This document shows, in pieces, positions 1 to 8,881 of a DNA stretch of 64,000 nucleotides (position 1 is the stretch's first letter; each line of letters begins with the position of its first letter). Both the position numbers and the translations under genes were made by a program. This DNA comes from a virus: the IMG/VR virus record IMGVR_UViG_3300042868_005520, positions 49,198-113,197 of that record, one strand, 5' to 3'. Below the pieces are notes generated by a model. That model was not told the origin of the DNA, did not search any database, and saw only the letters and a list, made by a program, of their open reading frames with translations.

Positions 1-1
1 C

Positions 2-892
2 ACTGGTTCATTCACGCATAACACATGGAATCGTGCGAGTGATGCGGGATCTGGTGGTACATACGGAACCACAGTATTCAACTACAGATACACCATTCAC
101 GACACATTCGGTGCAACCGCAACCATATCAACAACGAGAACTCCTGGAGGTGCATCTTCTCCAACTGTTGACACTTTTGTTGCTGCTGGAAATGTGTCTG
201 CTCCCGAAACCAATACCGTGCGAGAAAAAGGAAATACTTACTCCACCATTACAGCCACTTTAAGAAGAGTGAATCAGTATGTTCCTCTGACATTCTGGAA
301 ACTCCAATACAGAGAAAATGGCATTGGTGCATACGCAGACACAAACACGCCTTCTGCTGGTTTTCAAGCAGTTAGCGGAAATCCTGGCACTGTTTCTATC
401 AGTACCAATCACGCCCCTGCTAACACAGTGAATCGGGTTGACTATCAAGTTGTGGTTCGTGATCAGTATAGAGACACGATAAACGCAAATGGTGTAGATG
501 TCACTCCAACACCTAATCCTGGTGTATCTTTTGGTTACAAGATATTCTACGGGGCAACCGCTTCCATTCCAACGAATTCGGCGGGTGTGCGTACTCTTCC
601 TGGTGTAAGCATGGCAAGCGGAACCAATGCGTTCCCTAATCCATTCACACTGAACAGCGGAATTGCATTTAAAAACTTTGTTATTGCCTTGCCTACAAAC
701 ATAACCGTATTAACACAAGCAGATTTGGAAGCAATTAGCGCAAGTCCAGGCTACGCACTAAGCGGTTCGCTGACCGCTGTTAATGATGTAGCAGGAAACT
801 CTAAAAATTATAATGTGTATACCCTGACGAACGGAAGTACCTATGCCGAAAATCACCGTCATGTCATAACAACCACAGGAACGGTAGCCTAA
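2..892 (+). CDS. virion structural protein, 5'-truncated (frame open from base 2)
   Basis: No stop in frame from base 2 to 892; Thr/Gly/Asn-rich beta-type sequence directly upstream of fibre genes. Confidence 0.6.
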   Translation, partial: TGSFTHNTWNRASDAGSGGTYGTTVFNYRYTIHDTFGATATISTTRTPGGASSPTVDTFVAAGNVSAPETNTVREKGNTYSTITATLRRVNQYVPLTFWKLQYRENGIGAYADTNTPSAGFQAVSGNPGTVSISTNHAPANTVNRVDYQVVVRDQYRDTINANGVDVTPTPNPGVSFGYKIFYGATASIPTNSAGVRTLPGVSMASGTNAFPNPFTLNSGIAFKNFVIALPTNITVLTQADLEAISASPGYALSGSLTAVNDVAGNSKNYNVYTLTNGSTYAENHRHVITTTGTVA

Positions 893-893
893 T

Positions 894-2858
894 ATGCCAC
901 TTCATCAATTCACAAGCGGTCTTCAATTAGGATACGGAATACAGCCCGTAAATCCTGTTCCTGTTGATTCATTTTCTGGTCCATATGCTGCGGGAACAAC
1001 CACTGCCGCAGTTGAATTGGCAAATGCCACCATTCCTGCTGCCCTGCGATTCTTGTCACTTGAAGTACGAATTTTGGCTCCTTATGAGGGTGCAACCCTT
1101 GCATACAAGTACTGGTATCGTGGCAGTACAGCAGATAATGGACTTGTAGAATTTTCGTCTGCTTCCAATTCCACTGATTCTGGAGTAACACTAGCAGTCG
1201 CTGGCGCAGGAATTGTGCTGTCTCCCGCAGGAGGAACAGGAACAGTTACATTTATCAATAATGGTGTGTTGTCATTCAACGGCAATACTGGTGCTGTTAG
1301 TGGTGCTTCACTTGGTGCAAACACCTTTACGGCACTCAATACCTTTAATGCAGGTATCACCACATCATCTATTTACGCTTCGACAGGATCCACTTTTGGT
1401 GCACGAGTTGATGTTGCTGGTGTTCTTGATGTTGCTGGTGGTGTCACACTAGAAGCAACTCTTGATGTAACTAGTGTTGCTAAATTCAATAGCAATGTTA
1501 CTCTCGGCGATGAAGTTGCAGATATTATAACCGTAAATGGTCGGTTTATAGCAAATGCAGGTATTACAGCAAATGCAGGTATTACTACAGCATTCATCTA
1601 CGCTTCCACAGGATCCACTTTCGGTGGAACCCTCGTAGTAAACGGTGGAGCAACCTTTGCCGCGACAGATCACTCTGGTGTTGCTAGATTTGCAGCAGGA
1701 CTCACCACAAGTACTCTTGATGTTGTGGGCATCTCCAGGTTTGCAGGTGGTTCAACCTTCTCAGGCATCGCTACATTCACTTCTGGTATTACTACTTCAT
1801 TCGTCTACGCTTCGACTGGTTCTACCTTTGGCGCACGAGTCGATGTTGCAGGTGTTCTTGATGTTGTTGGTGGTGTCACACTAGAAAATACTCTTGATGT
1901 TAGTGGTGTAGCGCGGTTCACCGTAGGTATTACCACATCAACTCTTAATTCTTCAGGAGCAATTAGAGCCAACGGAGGACTGACTGCTTCCACTCTTGAT
2001 GTTCAGGGTGTTTCCAAGTTTGCAGGTGGAGCAACATTCGCTTCCCCTGCTGATTTTGCTTCTGCTGCCAAATTTGCTGTGGGGTTGACCTCTAGCGGAG
2101 ATGTGGTTGTTGGTTCTGCTGGTACCGTACTCAAGACAAACGGCGATGCCACCATTGGTGCAACTCTCACGGTGAACGGAAACTTCTTTGTTGCAGGAAC
2201 ACTGACCACTGTTAACCGAACCGATCTTTCCATTGACGATAAGACCATTACTCTTGGTAGAACTCTTGCAGATGATGCTCTTGCAGACGGTGGTGGACTG
2301 TCTCTCAATGGATCATCTCCTAGAACACTCACTTGGAGCAACAGTGCCGATGCGTGGACAAGCAACGACAACTTTAATGTTACTACTGGTTACGGCTACA
2401 AGGTAAACAACACCACAGCCCTTGCTTCAGGCATGGTTCACGGGTTGAGTGCTTCGACAGGAATAATTACTGGTGGTACATGGGCAGCAAACCTGATTGG
2501 TCTTACCTACGGGGGAACAAACAAGGATCTATCGGGAGCGGCTGCTTTTGGAGTTGTATACAAAGATGCCGACAGTATGGAAGTCACGGCAGCAGGAACT
2601 TCAGGACAAATTCTAAAGTCCAACGGTTCTGCTGCCCCAACATGGATAGATGTGACTTCTCTGTCTGGTCTAACAGCAGCAAAGGTCAAAACCACCGCCA
2701 CGAATACCGCAGGAACATACTTCCTTACATTCGTAACGGCTGCTTCAGACTCTACTGATCTGTTTGTTGATACCACCACAGGCGTAACCTACGATGCAAA
2801 CACAGGTTTATTGTCCTGCACAAAGTTAGAAGCACTTGTTGATGGTGGTACATTTTGA
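894..2858 (+). CDS. tail fibre-like protein
   Basis: G-x-T repeats, VLSFNGNTGAV repeat, GTLTTVNRTDLSIDDK...GGL fibre module, C-terminal DGGTF. Confidence 0.75.
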   Translation: MPLHQFTSGLQLGYGIQPVNPVPVDSFSGPYAAGTTTAAVELANATIPAALRFLSLEVRILAPYEGATLAYKYWYRGSTADNGLVEFSSASNSTDSGVTLAVAGAGIVLSPAGGTGTVTFINNGVLSFNGNTGAVSGASLGANTFTALNTFNAGITTSSIYASTGSTFGARVDVAGVLDVAGGVTLEATLDVTSVAKFNSNVTLGDEVADIITVNGRFIANAGITANAGITTAFIYASTGSTFGGTLVVNGGATFAATDHSGVARFAAGLTTSTLDVVGISRFAGGSTFSGIATFTSGITTSFVYASTGSTFGARVDVAGVLDVVGGVTLENTLDVSGVARFTVGITTSTLNSSGAIRANGGLTASTLDVQGVSKFAGGATFASPADFASAAKFAVGLTSSGDVVVGSAGTVLKTNGDATIGATLTVNGNFFVAGTLTTVNRTDLSIDDKTITLGRTLADDALADGGGLSLNGSSPRTLTWSNSADAWTSNDNFNVTTGYGYKVNNTTALASGMVHGLSASTGIITGGTWAANLIGLTYGGTNKDLSGAAAFGVVYKDADSMEVTAAGTSGQILKSNGSAAPTWIDVTSLSGLTAAKVKTTATNTAGTYFLTFVTAASDSTDLFVDTTTGVTYDANTGLLSCTKLEALVDGGTF

Positions 2859-2899
2859 TCACCTAGTTTGATCGCCTAGATAGAGTGAAAGGCTTTACT

Positions 2900-3115
2900 A
2901 TGAACGAACCAAATTACAATGAGACTGTTGTGATTCCGTTGCTTCAGAAGAAGTTTCAGGAACTCACTAACGCAAATCTAGTATTGGAGGCTAATCTTCT
3001 TGTGGAAAAGGAGAAAAATGCCTATTTACAAAAGCAGATAGCGTACATTCGTGGCGACACGCCACCAAAGAAAAAGAAAAAAGATGACTTGGTGATAGAC
3101 GGCAACTCCGTCTAA
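2900..3115 (+). CDS. small coiled-coil protein, paralog of 6171-6689 (possible fibre chaperone)
   Basis: NETVVIPLLQKKFQELTNANLVLEANLL matches NETILIPLLNKRLTDLVVANILTEAKLL. Confidence 0.6.
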   Translation: MNEPNYNETVVIPLLQKKFQELTNANLVLEANLLVEKEKNAYLQKQIAYIRGDTPPKKKKKDDLVIDGNSV

Positions 3116-3123
3116 AATATTTA

Positions 3124-3981
3124 ATGGCAAAAATAATCACAAAATATTCAACGACTGGTGGCTCATCTCCAAGTGGTTTGACCACTGGCGAGTTGGCTGT
3201 GAATATTTTAGACAAAAAACTGTATGTTGGTGGTGCAGCAGGACCTGTAAGTCTGTCTGATTCGTATGTAAACTCTTTTAATGGTAGAACAGGTGCAGTT
3301 CAGGGTGTGTCTGCCGCCAACGGACTTACAGGTGCGGTTACATGGGCAGCGGGTACAGGTCTAGATGTTTCCTCTGGTGGTGGAGCCATTACCTACGGAA
3401 TTGGTGCGGGATTCGCACTACTACGCTCTGTTGGAAACACAGCCGCCTTGGATAATATATCTAATCCGAGCATTGGTGACTTGGTGTTTGTGCAGGATCG
3501 AGGAACTTACTACTACTGGGATTACTACGCCGCAGGAGGGACACTCGCGTGGATTAACATTAGTTTAATTTCAAATGCATTGCAAGGAGATCTGAACGGT
3601 GACGGATCCGTTAATGGTGCAGACCTCGGCATTTTGCTTAATAGTTGGTCTGTACTATCTGGTAGCAATTCCTTGACTATCGGTGTTAAAGACGGCATAA
3701 CAGGTGCTTTTAAAATATTTGCAGACGGAAGTGCCAATCCCAAGAAGCAAGAAATGGTTGTGGTGTCAACCCAAGGCACCACATCAGCATTCTCAGTAAA
3801 CACAGACACTCTGTATTTTACGGGATTAGTTGAAATAGACGGCGAGAATGTGGATAAGGTTGCGTTAACCGTCTACAACGGAAAAACAGAACTGTATGGC
3901 GACACCACCGTTAACGGAACCCTACAACTCCTTAACGGGGGAATTTCGGGTGGATTTATAGACGGTGGAACATTTGTATAA
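3124..3981 (+). CDS. fibre-associated protein with Mtd-N-like N-terminus and dockerin-like EF-hand repeat
   Basis: LTTGELAVNILDKKLYVG; GDLNGDGSVNGADLGILLNSW; C-terminal DGGTFV. Confidence 0.7.
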   Translation: MAKIITKYSTTGGSSPSGLTTGELAVNILDKKLYVGGAAGPVSLSDSYVNSFNGRTGAVQGVSAANGLTGAVTWAAGTGLDVSSGGGAITYGIGAGFALLRSVGNTAALDNISNPSIGDLVFVQDRGTYYYWDYYAAGGTLAWINISLISNALQGDLNGDGSVNGADLGILLNSWSVLSGSNSLTIGVKDGITGAFKIFADGSANPKKQEMVVVSTQGTTSAFSVNTDTLYFTGLVEIDGENVDKVALTVYNGKTELYGDTTVNGTLQLLNGGISGGFIDGGTFV

Positions 3982-4032
3982 TTACCTATATAGTAACAGC
4001 ATACTTTACTATTAACTTTTAAGGAACGTATC

Positions 4033-6084
4033 ATGGCAACTCAACTAACTTTCCGCAGAGGCACATCCGAACCAACTCAAGCATCAGGATTGACTCTTGG
4101 TGAACCAGCGTTTAATACCTCGCTGAGTACTTTCCATATTGGAAGAGGTGCAGGTGTTACGGCTGCTTGGGTTGGTGCACAAATCAGTGGTCTGTCTACG
4201 GGCATTGCTGCGGGACTTACCTTGCAGGTTCCAACCATGTCTGCGGTTAAAGACTATGTTGCAAGCACCACATCGGGTGTTGCCACTCTAAACAGTTTAA
4301 CAGGCACAGTTACCCTTGCTGCTGGCACTAATATTGGAGTCACCACTGCTGGCAGTAGTATTACTGTTACGAACTTGGGTGTGCAAACCTTTAACGGACT
4401 CACGGGTGCTGTTGGCGGTGTCACCACATCTGCTGCAAACACCTTTACCGCACTTAATACTTTCAACGCAGGTATTAGTGCTGCTGGTGGTGTGACTTTT
4501 GCAGGTGACATTGCAGTCAATGGTGGTGATATCACCACTTCAAGTGCTACTGCAACAGTATTTAACACAACTACAACTAACTTGAGTATTGGTAGTGCTG
4601 CTACTACTTTGACAATGGGTGCTACTTCTGGTACTGCATCTATTAGAAACTCTAATATAATTTTGGGCACTTCGAGTAGCACCTTTATTGCAACACCTGT
4701 CAGTACTAATAATGACTTATATATTAGTCCATATGGAAATTTGTTATTAGCACCAAGTTCAAGTAGTGTAGGTGACGGTACATATGCATCAGTGGTTGTC
4801 ACCAATAGTACTGATGCAGCAGGTCAAGTACAGATTGCTGGAGGTGATCTTTATCTTGGTACAAAATCTGTAGATGGAGCGGTGTTTACATCTGTCAATG
4901 TAATATTTGAAGGTTCGGGGAATGCCGATTCCAACAAAACAACAGTAACTGTAGACAACCCAACAGCAAATCGTACAATCACCTTACCTAATGCTTCTGG
5001 TACTGTTGCACTCACTAGTCAGTTAATGGGGGCAGTGAACGGCTCTACGGCTGCAACCAACGCAGTGACTTCTTTCAACGGACTCACTGGTGCAGTCACA
5101 GGTGCATCACTTGGTGCAAACACCTTTACTGGACTCAACACATTCAACTCAGGTATCACCACATCATTCATCTATGTTTCCACAGGATCCACCTTTGGTG
5201 CACGAGTTGATGTTGCTGGTATTCTTGATGTTGTTGGTGGTGTCACAATGGAATCTACCAGTGATCATGCTGGTGCTGCCAGATTTGCTTCAACGCTTGT
5301 TTCCACAGGTTCAATAACCGCAAATGGTGGATTGACTGCTTCCACCCTTGATGTGAGTGGTACTGCCAGAACAACAGGCAACATGACTGTTGGTGCAACG
5401 CTCACAGTCACGGGAAACTTACTTGTTAACGGCACAACAACCACGATTAACTCCACTACACTTTCAGTGGACGACAAAAATATTGTGCTTGCTGATGGTA
5501 ATGTACTAGATGCATCCGCCGATGGTGGTGGTATTACTCTTAAAGGAGCCACAGATAAAACCTTTAATTGGGTGGATGGAACCGATTCGTGGACAAGCAG
5601 CGAACACATGGATCTTGCCGCAACAAAGGTGTTCAAGATTGGAACAAGCACGGTTCTATCATCAAGTGCTCTTGGCAGTGGTGTTACTGGATCTAGTCTT
5701 ACCGCAGTTGGAACACTCGCAACAGGCGTATGGCAAGCCACAGCGATTGGTGCAACCTACGGTGGTACGGGACTTACTTCATACACCATTGGTGATGTGA
5801 TCTACGCAAACGGCACAAGTTCTCTTGCTAAACTTACTACTACCACGGCAGGATATCTGCTGGCGGCAAACGGTGCTGGTGCTGCTCCTGAGTACAAGCA
5901 AGTACTGATTAAAGACGCTGCTGCAAACTCTATTGCCACGATCCTATCTGGATCAGGAACTCTTACTGCTACTATTCAGAATGCTACCTCATCACTAAAG
6001 GGAGTTGCATCGTTTGATAACACAAACTTTACTGTTAGTACTGGAGCAGTTACGATTACAGGAGTAGACGGTGGCACTTACTGA
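4033..6084 (+). CDS. tail fibre-like protein
   Basis: MATQLTFRRG..LTLGEPAFN N-terminus; SFNGLTGAV repeats; PTANRTITLPNASGTVAL; C-terminal DGGTY. Confidence 0.8.
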   Translation: MATQLTFRRGTSEPTQASGLTLGEPAFNTSLSTFHIGRGAGVTAAWVGAQISGLSTGIAAGLTLQVPTMSAVKDYVASTTSGVATLNSLTGTVTLAAGTNIGVTTAGSSITVTNLGVQTFNGLTGAVGGVTTSAANTFTALNTFNAGISAAGGVTFAGDIAVNGGDITTSSATATVFNTTTTNLSIGSAATTLTMGATSGTASIRNSNIILGTSSSTFIATPVSTNNDLYISPYGNLLLAPSSSSVGDGTYASVVVTNSTDAAGQVQIAGGDLYLGTKSVDGAVFTSVNVIFEGSGNADSNKTTVTVDNPTANRTITLPNASGTVALTSQLMGAVNGSTAATNAVTSFNGLTGAVTGASLGANTFTGLNTFNSGITTSFIYVSTGSTFGARVDVAGILDVVGGVTMESTSDHAGAARFASTLVSTGSITANGGLTASTLDVSGTARTTGNMTVGATLTVTGNLLVNGTTTTINSTTLSVDDKNIVLADGNVLDASADGGGITLKGATDKTFNWVDGTDSWTSSEHMDLAATKVFKIGTSTVLSSSALGSGVTGSSLTAVGTLATGVWQATAIGATYGGTGLTSYTIGDVIYANGTSSLAKLTTTTAGYLLAANGAGAAPEYKQVLIKDAAANSIATILSGSGTLTATIQNATSSLKGVASFDNTNFTVSTGAVTITGVDGGTY

Positions 6085-6170
6085 TTGAAAATATTACAGT
6101 GGTTGGGTAGCAGAGCGTAAAGGCTCTGCTGTCCACATACATACTACAGCCTCTTGAAAGGAGATATATT

Positions 6171-6689
6171 ATGGAAAGCAAGAACCCGAACGAAACTATT
6201 TTGATTCCCCTTCTAAACAAGCGACTCACTGATCTTGTTGTTGCAAATATTTTAACTGAAGCGAAGTTACTGTACTGCGAAGAAGAGAAAACAGAACTAA
6301 AAACACTGTTGGAGAAAGAGCAGACTGCGGCAAAGCAGTTGGTTGAAGACAACTCATCTGCTTTCTCCAAAGCACTACAAGAGCAAACGCAGAGCATTCG
6401 TGATACCTGTGAGCAGGAAAAAACTGCTGTGCAACAGGCTGCGGAGCACAGCAAGCAAGAAATTGCTAAAAATTGGGAGCAAGAACTTGCAACCCAAACA
6501 GGAAACCTTAATGCAAGGATTAATGCCTTAACGGCAGAACTCCAATCATCCAATCAAATGGTTAGTTCTCTCCGTAAAGAAATTCGGGAGTTAACGGTAC
6601 CAGTCGTTGTTGTGGAGGAAAAAACTACCACACAACCGAAGCGAAACAGCAAGAAACTGGCTCCTGCAATGAGTAGTGATACCTACTAA
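6171..6689 (+). CDS. coiled-coil protein (possible fibre chaperone)
   Basis: Heptad E/Q/K-rich; SD AGGAG; paralogous N-terminus with 2900-3115. Confidence 0.6.
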   Translation: MESKNPNETILIPLLNKRLTDLVVANILTEAKLLYCEEEKTELKTLLEKEQTAAKQLVEDNSSAFSKALQEQTQSIRDTCEQEKTAVQQAAEHSKQEIAKNWEQELATQTGNLNARINALTAELQSSNQMVSSLRKEIRELTVPVVVVEEKTTTQPKRNSKKLAPAMSSDTY

Positions 6690-6710
6690 ATAGGGGTAGG
6701 AGAATTTACA

Positions 6711-8384
6711 TTGGCAACACAAATTCAAATCAAGCGTGGCTCTACCACTCCAGCAGGACTAACTGTTGGCGAAAGTGCCATGAACACAAGCACCAACCAA
6801 ATCTACTTGGGTGGAACGGGTGGAACTGTTTTGGTTGGTGGAGAAGTCACGGGTGGTGTAGACATGGGTGCAGGTTCGGCTGTTTCTGCCAATCGCATTC
6901 CCACACAGAGTGGTGTCTACAACTATGTTCGCAATAGTACCGTTACTTCGTTTAATGGACTCACAGGAGCCGTGGGTGGTGTTACCACATCTGCTGCAAA
7001 CACCTTTACGGCACTCAATACTTTCAATGCAGGTATTAGTGCAGCAGGATCCACTTTCTCGTCCACCACAAACACACTTGATGTGATTGCGTCAACAGAA
7101 GGCGCAGGGCTTCGCATCGCAAAGGCTGTTACAGGAACAAACAGCAGAGTTGGTGGAATTCGTCTAGGCAGATCGGGTACTACTGCAAGCAACACATATC
7201 TTGAAGGTAGTGCTGGTACATTTACTATTTACAACGGAGTAGACAACACAGCCAATGCTTTTGCATTATTCTCTAGTACAGCATTCACTATTGGTGCTAC
7301 TACAGCCTCTCAAATGAACCTGAACTGTCCAGGGACAGTGCAGATTGGTGATGCTACTGGTACTGTTACACTACACGGTCAAAAGTTCACACTTGACGGT
7401 TCAACACGCTTCTTTACTTTTGGTGATAATAGTGGTACTACCGCAGGATTCGTGGGCATAAACCGCGCATACAACGGTCTGTGTGCAGACTACGCCCTTG
7501 AAGTAAACAGCCCCACTGGCAAGGGCTTGCAGTTAATCTACAACGATAACACGGGGGCTGCGTCCAACTGGGTGAACATGGATGTGAGCAGCGGTGGTAA
7601 CTACACACTGCGTCCAAGCGGTGGCTTGGCTACGGTTACGGGAACGCTGAATGTGTCTGCTGGTGTTTGTGCTGCTGGTGCAACATTCTCAGGTAATGTG
7701 ACAGCCCAAAGTACATTGTATACTGATAATATACAAGCCATAGGAAATCAAATAAATATTGCTAATGTAGCAAGTGGTAGAGTTGCTTTTGGTGACTACG
7801 ATGGTGCTGGCAACTCTACTTTTGTGTTTATAAGAGATGCTACATCTAGTCTATTAATTTCAAATCCAAATGGGGTTGTCGGAATTGGTGATCCTAACAA
7901 TGTGGGCAGCGGATATGCCCTATTATATGATGCTGCTGTTGGATCCTTGGACGGTAATAATTCTTCTCTTACTAATTTTAGTAGTGGAGATTTCAATGGT
8001 CGTCTTGATATGAATGGTGGGTACTCCGAACGGGGTGCCACGGCTTCACAGGCAACAAACACCATAACATTCAATGCTGCTTCAGGAAACACACAGAAGT
8101 TTGTTCCTAGTGCAGTGGTCAACACCGTTAATTTTACTAATATAAACACCGCCTCAACACAATGCACATCCGCAACTCTAATATTCCTTCACGGTGCAAC
8201 TCCTTACGGACTTACTACGGGAACATTCTCTGTGCAACTAGCGGGAGTAACCAAAACTGTGAAGTGGTCTGGCGGATCTGCACCAACGCTAACAAACACT
8301 GCAAACAAAACAGATATTCTTAACTTCCTGACATATGATGGTGGAACTACTTGGCTTGGATTTGTTGGAGGTCTGAATTTCTAA
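6711..8384 (+). CDS. tail fibre / receptor-binding-like protein
   Basis: TTG start after AGGAG; MATQIQIKRG N-terminus; C-terminal VKWSGGSAPTL...DILNFLTYDGGTTWLG domain common in fibre tips. Confidence 0.8.
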   Translation: MATQIQIKRGSTTPAGLTVGESAMNTSTNQIYLGGTGGTVLVGGEVTGGVDMGAGSAVSANRIPTQSGVYNYVRNSTVTSFNGLTGAVGGVTTSAANTFTALNTFNAGISAAGSTFSSTTNTLDVIASTEGAGLRIAKAVTGTNSRVGGIRLGRSGTTASNTYLEGSAGTFTIYNGVDNTANAFALFSSTAFTIGATTASQMNLNCPGTVQIGDATGTVTLHGQKFTLDGSTRFFTFGDNSGTTAGFVGINRAYNGLCADYALEVNSPTGKGLQLIYNDNTGAASNWVNMDVSSGGNYTLRPSGGLATVTGTLNVSAGVCAAGATFSGNVTAQSTLYTDNIQAIGNQINIANVASGRVAFGDYDGAGNSTFVFIRDATSSLLISNPNGVVGIGDPNNVGSGYALLYDAAVGSLDGNNSSLTNFSSGDFNGRLDMNGGYSERGATASQATNTITFNAASGNTQKFVPSAVVNTVNFTNINTASTQCTSATLIFLHGATPYGLTTGTFSVQLAGVTKTVKWSGGSAPTLTNTANKTDILNFLTYDGGTTWLGFVGGLNF

Positions 8385-8785
8385 TGTTTCCATCAAAGGT
8401 AGGTTTTCACTCCTCTATTCTTACTCCGAGGCTGACCAGTACTCTTGGGGCTTTGAGCAGAGGCGTAGGCAATTACGGTACGATGGGGTATGTTCTCATG
8501 GGTAACATAAACAAGCGTGAAAGATTTTTCGTAACAACAACGAATGCTAACATTACAGTTCAAATAGAAACTACAAGCACATCAGCAAATCCTTTTTCTG
8601 TGATTACAGGAACAAATGCGTTTGCTACTCCTATTGAATTAAAAATCAACAATGGAGAGTATATTCATATTGGTATGAAGGGATCCGTTGTAGGTACTGG
8701 AACTTTATCCTTGCGTTCAAATAGTTCTACAGGAACAATTTTGGCAAGCGTTGCATACCAAGTTATCACTGGTGGCAGAGGCTAA
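8384..8785 (+). CDS. hypothetical beta-rich protein
   Basis: ATG overlaps upstream stop (TAATG); followed by a terminator. Confidence 0.6.
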   Translation: MFPSKVGFHSSILTPRLTSTLGALSRGVGNYGTMGYVLMGNINKRERFFVTTTNANITVQIETTSTSANPFSVITGTNAFATPIELKINNGEYIHIGMKGSVVGTGTLSLRSNSSTGTILASVAYQVITGGRG

Positions 8786-8809
8786 ACCAAATAATCATCC
8801 GAATACTTT

Positions 8810-8833
8810 AGAGGGGCGAAAGCCCCTCTTTTT
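8810..8833 (+). terminator. rho-independent terminator
   Basis: AGAGGGGC-GAAA-GCCCCTCT followed by TTTT. Confidence 0.85.
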
Positions 8834-8881
8834 GTTATGATTTGCTCTACATACTCTACCTAATCAACACAGGAGTTCGCT

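Noticed and set aside
894-8384. Diversity-generating retroelement acting on fibres
   Set aside because: No reverse transcriptase in the window; repeat differences are not adenine-specific and are not at C-termini
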